From Clostridia bacterium (lineage in GTDB: Bacteria; Bacillota; Clostridia; HGM11514): a stretch of 64,000 bases of DNA. Where the stretch lies: contig JAZNAU010000042.1 in assembly GCA_045586685.1 (NCBI GenBank), positions 1-64,000 on the forward strand. The letters are read 5' to 3'. Under the pieces are notes generated by a model. The model saw only the letters and a list, made by a program, of their open reading frames with translations, was not told the DNA's origin and ran no database searches. Of the stretch, positions 8,971 to 19,070 are shown in pieces (position 1 is the first letter of the stretch; each line of letters starts with the position of its first letter). A program made the translations under genes and the position numbers.

Positions 8971-9294
8971 TCACTCCATTTGTTCTGCTAAAGAAAGAAT
9001 TTCATCGGCACAATTTTTCGCAAGTTGCTCCGTCGTCTTTCTTAGCTTTTCTAACAATTCCCGATTTCTGGTTTTCTTTTTCAAAAGCCCCAACCGTTCT
9101 TCGTAAAAATATAACTGTTTCTCCCCCCGACGGATTAAATCAAGCACCGCCTGACGGGTAATGGTATAATGTTCGGTAATTTCTGTCAGGGATAAATCTT
9201 CTTCGTAATACAAGGCAAGCACATCTGCCTGTCGAGGGGTAATGAGATTTTGATAACAATCCAGAAGTAATCCGATTTCCGCATTTTTCTGCAT
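8971..9294 (-). CDS. ylxM: YlxM/UPF0122 putative DNA-binding protein
   Basis: LYYEEDLSLTEI..ITRQAV..YEERLGL; directly upstream of ffh. Confidence 0.92.
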   Translation of the reverse strand: MQKNAEIGLLLDCYQNLITPRQADVLALYYEEDLSLTEITEHYTITRQAVLDLIRRGEKQLYFYEERLGLLKKKTRNRELLEKLRKTTEQLAKNCADEILSLAEQME

Positions 9295-9320
9295 CTTTGG
9301 TACCCCTCCTCTGTTTTTTC

Positions 9321-9379
9321 TGTAAAGGGTTTCTCCTTTACACCTCTATTATTATACCCGTTTTTTTTTATTTTGTCAA
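9321..9379 (-). promoter_or_regulatory. ylxM-ffh promoter followed by an 8-bp palindrome
   Basis: TTGACA(9379-9374)-17 nt-TATAAT(9356-9351); TGTAAAGG-N6-CCTTTACA at 9321-9342. Confidence 0.75.
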
Positions 9380-10554
9380 GAGTTTTTTTGTTTTTTTCGG
9401 ACAAATTGTAAAATTCCAAGGACCAGCATTATGGGAAACACAGTTGTTGCCAGAATTCCAATTTGAAATCGATTTCCAAATGCATGGGAAACAACACCTG
9501 CCAACCCAGGGCCGACAGAACATCCCGTATCTCCTGCCAAAGCAAGATAAGCAAACATCCCCGTTCCTCCCATGGGTAGTGTCCTTGCCGCCAGACTGTA
9601 AGTTCCGGGCCACATAATTCCTACAGAAAAACCACATAACGCAAAACCAACCAACCCAACCATAGGAACCGGTGCCAAACCAATCATCAAATAACTGATT
9701 ACACACAAAACACCGCAAATGAAAATGATTTTCGGAAGGGAAATTTGTTCACTCAGTTTTGCATACATCACACGGGAAATTCCCATCATAACCGCAAAGA
9801 ACATAGCTCCTGTCAAATCCCCTATGGTCTTACTGACCCCCAAAGCATCCTCCGCTAAAGCAGATGCCCACTGGGATATGGTAAGCTCACTTGCTCCCGA
9901 ACATAGCATCAACAATAAAAACAACCAGTAAACAGGCATACCGAATAACTGCTTTAAGGACATGGGTTTTGTGTGATCCTCCAAGGTTCGAATAGGCACA
10001 AAGCAAAACAGAACTCCGTTTACAGCAGGAATGACGGCAAGAAGAACTGCCATCGTCCTCCAATGCTCAATTCCAACGGCAGAAAAAAAGAGGGTGGATA
10101 ATGCCACAACACCCACCTGCCCCCAACAATAAAAGGAATGGAGCAGACTCATAGTCCCCTCCTTCCTCTCTGTAGGACAAGCTTCCACAATAGGACTTCC
10201 CAGTACTTCAATCAGTCCTCCGCCCATGGCATAAAAGAAAACAGCAAGCAACAATCCGTAATATTCATTAGAAAATAAGAACGGAAATACAGCAATGCCC
10301 GTAAGTCCTATCACAGCACTTGCATGAGCAAATACCATACAGGAACGATACCCGATTCTGCTTGCAAATTTTGAGGAAAGAAAATCCATCACTAACTGAA
10401 CGGCAAAATTAAAGGTTGCAATAAATGCAATCTGTTCTACAGATAGTTCCCAAATTTTGCGAAAAAGCAAAAATAACAACGGAGCAAAATTATTCACAAT
10501 CGCCTGTACAATATATCCCACCATACTGACAGCAATGGTTTTATTGTAATTCAT
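9376..10554 (-). CDS. MFS transporter (fucose-permease-like)
   Basis: 12-TM pattern, GGGLIEVLGSP, LLHSFYCWG; start trimmed to MNYNK after SD AGGAG. Confidence 0.88.
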   Translation of the reverse strand: MNYNKTIAVSMVGYIVQAIVNNFAPLLFLLFRKIWELSVEQIAFIATFNFAVQLVMDFLSSKFASRIGYRSCMVFAHASAVIGLTGIAVFPFLFSNEYYGLLLAVFFYAMGGGLIEVLGSPIVEACPTERKEGTMSLLHSFYCWGQVGVVALSTLFFSAVGIEHWRTMAVLLAVIPAVNGVLFCFVPIRTLEDHTKPMSLKQLFGMPVYWLFLLLMLCSGASELTISQWASALAEDALGVSKTIGDLTGAMFFAVMMGISRVMYAKLSEQISLPKIIFICGVLCVISYLMIGLAPVPMVGLVGFALCGFSVGIMWPGTYSLAARTLPMGGTGMFAYLALAGDTGCSVGPGLAGVVSHAFGNRFQIGILATTVFPIMLVLGILQFVRKKQKNS

Positions 10555-10581
10555 AACAAAACTCCTCTTATGAATAAAGAA

Positions 10582-10617
10582 AGAACCGACACAATATTGT
10601 CCTCTGCGTCGGTTCTG
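10582..10617 (-). terminator. Probable intrinsic terminator of guaB
   Basis: AGAACCGAC..GTCGGTTCT stem followed by TTCTTT on minus strand. Confidence 0.55.
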
Positions 10618-10625
10618 TTTCATTT

Positions 10626-12107
<1,482 letters not shown>

Positions 12108-12132
12108 TCATAAATAAATTTATATTATTACA

Positions 12133-12161
12133 ATTATAGCAATTCTTTTGAGAAATGTCAA
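12133..12161 (-). promoter_or_regulatory. guaB promoter
   Basis: TTGACA-17 nt-TATAAT with TG extended -10. Confidence 0.75.
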
Positions 12162-12240
12162 GAAAAACAATAAAATTTTCCCCATTTTTCAAGTGAACTT
12201 TTAAAAGTTGACATTTTTTTCATATCTTCGCCAAAAAAGA

Positions 12241-12269
12241 TTGCTTTTTTTCCTTAATTATGATATAGT
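12241..12269 (+). promoter_or_regulatory. Promoter of the MBOAT operon
   Basis: TTGCTT-17 nt-TATAGT with TG extended -10. Confidence 0.5.
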
Positions 12270-12317
12270 TAAGGATAGCGGATTTACCGCATGATATGAG
12301 GGATTGGGGTTTCTTAT

Positions 12318-13694
12318 ATGATTTTTTCAAGTACATTATTTTTGTTTTATTTTTTACCTACTGTATTATTAGCCTACTATCTTGTTCCAAAAAAAGCAAA
12401 AAATGCCGTGCTCTTTTTCTTTAGTCTTGTGTTTTATGCATGGGGAGAACCCGTTTACATCGGCATCATGTTGTTTTCCATTTTATTCAACTACGCCTGC
12501 GGGCTTGCTTTGGAAAAATTTAAACAGAAAAAGCAGATTCTCATCGCCTCGGTGATTATCAATCTGGGGATTTTATTTTTCTTTAAATATACAGACTTTT
12601 TTCTTGGAAGCATCTTAAATCCGCTGATTCCGGGAAGCGTACCTCTAACAGGAATCACTCTTCCTATCGGCATTTCTTTTTATACGTTTCAAACCATGTC
12701 TTATGTGATTGATGTCTATCGGGGCAAAGCATTCCCACAGAAAAATCTGATTTCCTTCGGAACCTATGTGGCATTGTTTCCCCAGTTGATTGCTGGACCC
12801 ATTGTCCGCTACACCTCCATTGAAAAGCAACTGGAAAACAGACAGGTAACTGCAAAGGGCATCTGCACAGGTATTCTGTATTTTATTATCGGATTATCGA
12901 AGAAGGTGTTGATTGCTAATAACATTGGTCTGCTTTGGGACACCATGCACGGTGCAGAGCATTTATCTGTTGTTTCTGCATGGCTGGGAATTTTGGCTTT
13001 TACCTTCCAGATTTATTTTGATTTTTCCGGCTATTCAGATATGGCAATCGGTCTGGGTCGGTTATTTGGATTTCAATTTGAACAAAACTTTCATTACCCA
13101 TACATTGCCCGCTCCATCACGGATTTTTGGAGAAGATGGCATATCAGTTTAAGCAGTTGGTTTAAAGAATATGTCTATATTCCTTTGGGCGGAAACAGAG
13201 TTTCCCCCTCCCGCTTACGATTCAATCTTCTGATTGTCTGGGGGCTTACAGGTTTCTGGCACGGTGCAAGCTTTAATTTTATTGCATGGGGATTGTATTA
13301 TGCAATTCTGCTGATTTTGGAAAAAGAGGTATTTGGGGTATGGTTGGAAAAATTGCCCAAGATTGTACAAAACTGTTATACTCTCTTGTTTGTTATCATC
13401 GGCTGGGTCTTTTTTGCGGCAAATGATTTTGGGGATGCCTTCCGTTACTTAGGTGCCATGTTCGGTTTTTCGGGCAGTCTTATTGATTCAGCAGCACAAT
13501 ATGCATTTACCTCTTACGGGCGGATGCTGTTACTGTGTCTGTTTGCTATGCTTCCCTTGGGCAAAAAGTTTGGGAAAAAGCTGTTTCAAAAAAATCCATT
13601 GTTGGTACTTCTTCCTGCCGTCTTACTCTTTTTCCTTTGTCTGACCTATCTTGCAGGTGCATCTTATAATCCATTCCTGTACTTCAGATTTTAA
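12318..13694 (+). CDS. MBOAT family O-acyltransferase (AlgI/PatA-like)
   Basis: LPIGISFYTFQ, FPQLIAGPI, DFSGYSDMAIG, FWRRWHISL, GFWHGA, NPFLYFRF. Confidence 0.95.
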   Translation: MIFSSTLFLFYFLPTVLLAYYLVPKKAKNAVLFFFSLVFYAWGEPVYIGIMLFSILFNYACGLALEKFKQKKQILIASVIINLGILFFFKYTDFFLGSILNPLIPGSVPLTGITLPIGISFYTFQTMSYVIDVYRGKAFPQKNLISFGTYVALFPQLIAGPIVRYTSIEKQLENRQVTAKGICTGILYFIIGLSKKVLIANNIGLLWDTMHGAEHLSVVSAWLGILAFTFQIYFDFSGYSDMAIGLGRLFGFQFEQNFHYPYIARSITDFWRRWHISLSSWFKEYVYIPLGGNRVSPSRLRFNLLIVWGLTGFWHGASFNFIAWGLYYAILLILEKEVFGVWLEKLPKIVQNCYTLLFVIIGWVFFAANDFGDAFRYLGAMFGFSGSLIDSAAQYAFTSYGRMLLLCLFAMLPLGKKFGKKLFQKNPLLVLLPAVLLFFLCLTYLAGASYNPFLYFRF

Positions 13695-13709
13695 AGGAGG
13701 GCGATTTTT

Positions 13710-15896
13710 ATGAAAAAAAACTTGAAACGATTTAATTTCATCATCATCAGTTTGTTCGGACTGTTGGTCATCTTTAATTTATTTCGCCCAAAAGGAGACT
13801 ATTCTTCTCTGGAAAACAGATATTTGCAGGATTTTCCCAATTTCTCTTTCAAGGCATTAAGCAACGGAACCTTTATGGAACAATTTGAAAGCTTTGCCAA
13901 TGACCAATTATTAGGAAGAGATTTTCTGGTGAAAAGACGGGCAAAAACCGAGATTTTACTGGGCAAAAAAGAAAATAACGGTGTTTACTTTGCAGAGGAC
14001 GGCTATCTGATCGAACAGCCTCCTGTTCTGGAACAGGAAATTGTACTGGAAAACCTCAATGCAGTGAAAACACTTCACTCTTTGGGGCGGTTCAGAATCA
14101 CTCTTTCCGTTGTTCCCCCTGCTTATGAAATTTTAAGGGAGAAACTTCCCGACCATGTTTACAGTCCCGTGATTCTTAATCTGAATCAGGCGATTCGAAA
14201 GGAACTGAAAGACACCGGTGTTCAGATTGCAGACCCTTCCTCTGTTTTATGGAACCACCGAAATGAATACATTTATTATAAAACTGACCATCATCAAACC
14301 AGTCTCGGAAGCCGTCTATCTTACGAGTCTTTAGCACAATTTTTAGGCTATGAACCCTTGGAAGATGTGGCATTTCATCCCGTGGATGTTTCTCATTCCT
14401 TTTTAGGCACCACCTACTCCAAGGGACTTGTTTCCGTAAAACCGGATACCATTACAGCTTACGAAACAAAGCCATCGGCAACCGTATCTTTTCCTGAGAA
14501 ACAGGAACAATTTGATTCTGTCTATTTCAAGAATCATCTTGAAGAAAAGGATCAGTACGCCTTCTTTTTGGACGGGAACCACGGACTTGCAGTTGTAAAA
14601 GGGCCTAACCAAAACGGACGGCATCTGGCAATCTTTAAAGATTCCTATGCCCATAGTCTTGCTCCCTTCCTCGCCAATCATTTTGAAACCATTCATTTTA
14701 TTGATTTGCGGTATTTTCAGGGAGACATTTTGGAATATCTTCACAACAACCAACTACAGGATGTGCTCTTTTACTACAGTGCACCTAGTTTCATGACCAA
14801 AGGAACCTTGGACAAGGTAACCGCAAGTGTGGAAACCTCCCCTTATGCACACTTCCAACCCTTTGGGCGAGTAGAAGAAAATGAACCTGTAGATGCTGGA
14901 TATTTTAATGATGCCGTATTTGTTGGAGATTCTCTGACAGTAGGCTTTCAGATGTACTCTGATCTGGTGGAGGCAGATTTTCTGTCAAGCACCGCCCTTT
15001 CTATTACAGGCTTAGGAAGCGTGGATGCACCAAGCGGTGGCGGTACTATTTTAGATCGGATTCAAAATGATGCCTACAAAAAAATCTATATTATGCTTGG
15101 TATCAATGAGTTGATTGAGCCATCAAACAAGGATGCTTTCATAGGTAAATACGAAGCCTTAATTAACACCATCAAGCTAACCCATCCTCAGGCTTATATT
15201 TATATTCAATCCATTCTTCCTGTTTCTCAAAAAGAGGATGCAAAGGGAAGACTGCGAAATGAATATATTTATGATTTTGACGATGCTTTGGAAGAATTAG
15301 CTGCTAACAAGGGGGCATATTATCTTGATATTGCATCCGCATTGGCAGATGAAAACGGATTTTTGCCGGAACACAGCTCTGTTGACGGGATTCACCTGAA
15401 TGAGGAATATTATTTAAAATGGCTTGACTACTTGAAAACACATACTGTATATGACCCTCTTGCCGCCAAAGAGGTTGCGGCAATGGACTCTTTCGAACCG
15501 ATTGTCAGTGATTACGACATCACAGGCATTGCTTCTAACTTAAAAGACACCATTACTTTCACTGACGAAATGGGTCAGCTTCGTTATGCAATGCTCTGTA
15601 AAACCCATGGAATTGACTCTGAAATAATAGCAAATGCCACAGGATTTATTGGTGGCGGAGCTACTGCAGAGGAAATTGCGGTATTTGAAGTAAAAAAGAA
15701 AAAGAACGCAAATACCGTCAAACAATTATTAGAAGAATATGTTCAGACCAGAAAGGCTAGCTTTGAAACCTACCTTCCCGCTGAAGTTCCAAAATTAGAG
15801 CATCCTTTCCTGTTCTCAAAAGGAAAACTAATTGTTTTGGTCATTGCTGACGACCATGCACAGGCAGAGAAAATCGTTCGAAATGCCCTGAAATAA
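13710..15896 (+). CDS. DHHW (AlgJ/AlgX-like) + SGNH/GDSL + DUF4358-like multidomain protein
   Basis: N-terminal anchor, SSLENRYL, YYKTDHHQT, FKDSYA; then FVGDSL, MLGINE, DGIHL; C-terminal AEEIAVFEVK..FETYLPAEV. Confidence 0.8.
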   Translation: MKKNLKRFNFIIISLFGLLVIFNLFRPKGDYSSLENRYLQDFPNFSFKALSNGTFMEQFESFANDQLLGRDFLVKRRAKTEILLGKKENNGVYFAEDGYLIEQPPVLEQEIVLENLNAVKTLHSLGRFRITLSVVPPAYEILREKLPDHVYSPVILNLNQAIRKELKDTGVQIADPSSVLWNHRNEYIYYKTDHHQTSLGSRLSYESLAQFLGYEPLEDVAFHPVDVSHSFLGTTYSKGLVSVKPDTITAYETKPSATVSFPEKQEQFDSVYFKNHLEEKDQYAFFLDGNHGLAVVKGPNQNGRHLAIFKDSYAHSLAPFLANHFETIHFIDLRYFQGDILEYLHNNQLQDVLFYYSAPSFMTKGTLDKVTASVETSPYAHFQPFGRVEENEPVDAGYFNDAVFVGDSLTVGFQMYSDLVEADFLSSTALSITGLGSVDAPSGGGTILDRIQNDAYKKIYIMLGINELIEPSNKDAFIGKYEALINTIKLTHPQAYIYIQSILPVSQKEDAKGRLRNEYIYDFDDALEELAANKGAYYLDIASALADENGFLPEHSSVDGIHLNEEYYLKWLDYLKTHTVYDPLAAKEVAAMDSFEPIVSDYDITGIASNLKDTITFTDEMGQLRYAMLCKTHGIDSEIIANATGFIGGGATAEEIAVFEVKKKKNANTVKQLLEEYVQTRKASFETYLPAEVPKLEHPFLFSKGKLIVLVIADDHAQAEKIVRNALK

Positions 15897-15909
15897 TAAA
15901 AATAAAAGG

Positions 15910-15949
15910 AATCGTCGGAAAAACTCCATATTTTCCCGACGATTTTTTT
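15910..15949 (+). terminator. Intrinsic terminator between the MBOAT operon and convergent trpB
   Basis: AATCGTCGG..CCGACGATT stem followed by T-run. Confidence 0.7.
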
Positions 15950-15995
15950 GTAATGTAATACCAAATAAAAATCTAATATTTACTATGATTTTCTT

Positions 15996-17216
15996 CTATC
16001 TGATTCCATACTTTTCTATAATATAATCCATATCCTTATCCCCTCTTCCGGACAGATTGATAAGAACTGAACCCTTCTCCATTTTCTTTGCAAGTTTCAT
16101 ACCATAGGCGACCGCATGAGAACTTTCAATGGCAGGAATAATTCCTTCAAGACGAGCAAGCTTATAGAAAGCGTCAATGGTTTCTTCGTCGTCAATGACA
16201 TCGTATTTGACTCTTCCAACTTCCTGTAAAAACGCATGTTCCGGACCGGAAGAAGGATAATCAAGACCGCTTGCAACAGAGTAAACGGGAGCCGGCTCTC
16301 CGTTTTCATCCTTCAGCATAATGCTGTTAAAGCCATGCATAACTCCTTCGGTTCCATATTTCAAACTTGCGGCATGATCTCCGAGCTCCGGACCCTTTCC
16401 AAGAGGTTCAATACCGTAAATATCCACAGGATCATTTAAAAATCCGGAGAAAAGTCCCATTGCGTTGGAACCTCCGCCTACACAAGCAACAATAGCATCT
16501 GGAAGATGCCCTGTCATATCAACAAATTGTTCTCTTGCTTCTATTCCCACAACACTCTGGAAATCACGCACCATCATAGGGAACGGATGAGGTCCGAGAA
16601 CCGACCCAATACAATAAATAGAATCCTGATATTCCTTACTGTAAGCATCAAATGCCGCATCTACCGCTTCCTTCAAAGTCTGCAGACCATGGGTAACCTC
16701 TACAACCCTTGCTCCAAGAATTTTCATTCTTGCCACGTTGGGAGCCTGTTTTTTAATATCAACCGTACCCATGTAAATATCACATTCCAAGCCAAAATAT
16801 GCCGCCGCTGTAGCCAAAGCAACGCCATGCTGTCCGGCTCCTGTTTCGGCAATTACCTTTTTCTTGCCCATGTATTTGGCAAGCAAAGCTTCTCCCATAC
16901 AGTGATTGAGCTTATGAGCACCGGAATGATTTAAATCTTCCCGTTTTGCATAGAGCTGAACGGTGCCGCCCAAGGCATCAGAAAGACGTTCCAGATGGGT
17001 TACAGGAGTAGGTCTGCCCTGAAATTCTTTTCTGATTCTGCGAAGTTCAGCAATGAATTTTCTGGACTGACAAATAGAAAAATAAGCTTCCGTAATTTCT
17101 GCCATAGCAGCTTTTAACTTGTCATCAATATAAACACCGCCATACTTTCCGAAATAACCCTTTTGGTCAGGATAATGTTTAAAATAAGTTTCAAAATCAA
17201 TTCCGTTATAATTCAT
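15996..17216 (-). CDS. trpB: Tryptophan synthase beta subunit (TrpB1-type motifs, no adjacent trpA)
   Basis: [14 protein letters not shown] (PLP Lys), [30 protein letters not shown]. Confidence 0.97.
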   Translation of the reverse strand: MNYNGIDFETYFKHYPDQKGYFGKYGGVYIDDKLKAAMAEITEAYFSICQSRKFIAELRRIRKEFQGRPTPVTHLERLSDALGGTVQLYAKREDLNHSGAHKLNHCMGEALLAKYMGKKKVIAETGAGQHGVALATAAAYFGLECDIYMGTVDIKKQAPNVARMKILGARVVEVTHGLQTLKEAVDAAFDAYSKEYQDSIYCIGSVLGPHPFPMMVRDFQSVVGIEAREQFVDMTGHLPDAIVACVGGGSNAMGLFSGFLNDPVDIYGIEPLGKGPELGDHAASLKYGTEGVMHGFNSIMLKDENGEPAPVYSVASGLDYPSSGPEHAFLQEVGRVKYDVIDDEETIDAFYKLARLEGIIPAIESSHAVAYGMKLAKKMEKGSVLINLSGRGDKDMDYIIEKYGIR

Positions 17217-17313
17217 GATAGATTCCTCCAAATAATAGTTTAATTTTTATCATCCGCTTTTTCGCCATCGTTTTGATAAAAGAAACATCCCAAGTCCTCC
17301 AACCTCTGTTATA

Positions 17314-17575
17314 AAAAACAAAAATCCTTGACAGAATACACTACTCTGTCAAGGACGAATTCACAAAATCCGCGGTGCCACCTTGAATTCACGATTATCT
17401 CGTGCACTTAGCGGAGTACCAGCATACTCCCGACTTTTTACGCAAGTCTTACGTCAACGCATTTAACGTTGCCCTCAACAGTCCATATTACGCAAAGAGC
17501 CTTTGTGGAACTCGCACCGTCATCCACTCGCTCAGAAAGACCGACTCTGCCTTTTTTCTGTCTCAACGGTTTTCA
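17314..17575 (-). promoter_or_regulatory. T-box riboswitch with Trp (UGG) specifier
   Basis: T-box AAGGTGGCACCGCGG at 17384-17370; terminator stem 17355-17325 plus U-tract; UGG at 17485-17483 at the stem I specifier position. Confidence 0.9.
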
Positions 17576-17585
17576 ATTTACCTTT

Positions 17586-17614
17586 ATTATATCATCCTTT
17601 TCGGATTCTGTCAA
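17586..17614 (-). promoter_or_regulatory. trpB leader promoter
   Basis: TTGACA-17 nt-TATAAT with TG extended -10. Confidence 0.8.
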
Positions 17615-17621
17615 TACTTTT

Positions 17622-19055
17622 TTATTCTTCTGCGGGAGAAATCGGTATCAAGTCAGCTTCATTTTCTACTAATTCAGCGTCCGGCTCGGTTGTTATAACT
17701 GGCTCAACAGTCTGTTCAGGTGTTGGTGTTGGAGATGGAGTCCAATATTCCACCTGTTGGGGATCAATTCCAAAATCTTCAGGGTTTTGGTTGGGATCTA
17801 ATATAATATAATGATCTTTTCTTTCCGGAGTTGGTTCAATTTTTGGAATGGTCAGGGTTTCCAAAGGCTTAGGTGTTTGTGCAACAACAGGCACTTCCTT
17901 TTCTTTTTTTGTTTTATCCGGTGTATCCATTGCATCAGCAAACAAGCTATCCTCCAACACATCCGAAGCATATTCATAATAATACTCACAAAAACGAGTG
18001 GCATCATTCAGCGCTTCTTCATCTAAATCATGGGTAATCCCTTGGACAGAAGAACCGTTATTCCATTGCCAACCCACAAATAAATTCTGACCGATATCGC
18101 TTAACTGCAATTTAGAAATCTGCTCTGTATATGGGTTGAATTTAGCATTGATCAACCCCATTGCCGAGGTTTCATTTACTATGTAATAAGTATTTTCCAA
18201 AAAGTTTGCTGTCAGTCCCGGAAGCACCTCCGGGGTAATATCTTGTTGGGCATCGCCCTCCAAAGCAATTCCAGACAACCACAAAAGCTCCCCTGCTGTA
18301 AGGTCTGTCAGTACTGTTTCTGCACCAATTTTTGCTAATTCCTTCGGCGTATCCAGCTTAATAATTGCTTGCTTTGCAAAAGCTTTCATAAAGCTTTGTT
18401 GGGCACGAATTCTTCCTAAATCGCCGTCTACATATCCGCAATACCTGACAAAATCCAAAGCATCCTCCCCATTTAAGGTTTGCTCCCCGATTGTCAGATG
18501 AATGGATAAATCCTGGGCGGAATCGTCATAATCCATTTGTTGTGGCACCATTATTGTTACCCCGCCAATGTAGTCAACCAGCTTTTCAAAACCGTCATGC
18601 TTAATTAGTATATAGCGGTCAACGGGCAAGCCCGTCAGATTTTTCAGTTCTTTTTTTATTTCGTCTATTCCACCATTACTATACGCCTTGCAAATTTGCA
18701 TATTTTTTCTTCCGCTTTCTGACAAGGTATCCTTTGGAACAGATAACAGGCGAAGAGATTTCTTATCTTTTTCTAAAGCTGCTAACATAATCGTATCTAA
18801 ATCTTGAAACCGGTCTATACCTGCAATCAGAAAAATAACTGTATTTTCATTTCGTCCTTCTTCTTTTATTACAATTTCATCTCCTGAAGAACCAAATAAT
18901 AAATTCAATCTGGTAACCAGAGAATTTTCCCCTTTAATATGCTGATATGCGGTGTAATAACAGCACCAGAAAACAATCAGAATCAAAGCAATAATCCCAA
19001 CCGTCAGTACTGTTTTTTTATAATTTTCCCACCATTCATTCAACCTTTTTTTCAT
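17622..19055 (-). CDS. LCP (LytR-CpsA-Psr) family protein, divergent active site, Pro/Thr/Glu-rich tail
   Basis: N-terminal TM, LDTIM, SVPKDT, LVDYIGGV, GEQTLNGEDALDFVR, GDLGRIRAQQ. Confidence 0.85.
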   Translation of the reverse strand: MKKRLNEWWENYKKTVLTVGIIALILIVFWCCYYTAYQHIKGENSLVTRLNLLFGSSGDEIVIKEEGRNENTVIFLIAGIDRFQDLDTIMLAALEKDKKSLRLLSVPKDTLSESGRKNMQICKAYSNGGIDEIKKELKNLTGLPVDRYILIKHDGFEKLVDYIGGVTIMVPQQMDYDDSAQDLSIHLTIGEQTLNGEDALDFVRYCGYVDGDLGRIRAQQSFMKAFAKQAIIKLDTPKELAKIGAETVLTDLTAGELLWLSGIALEGDAQQDITPEVLPGLTANFLENTYYIVNETSAMGLINAKFNPYTEQISKLQLSDIGQNLFVGWQWNNGSSVQGITHDLDEEALNDATRFCEYYYEYASDVLEDSLFADAMDTPDKTKKEKEVPVVAQTPKPLETLTIPKIEPTPERKDHYIILDPNQNPEDFGIDPQQVEYWTPSPTPTPEQTVEPVITTEPDAELVENEADLIPISPAEE

Positions 19056-19070
19056 AGATGCTTCCTTTCG

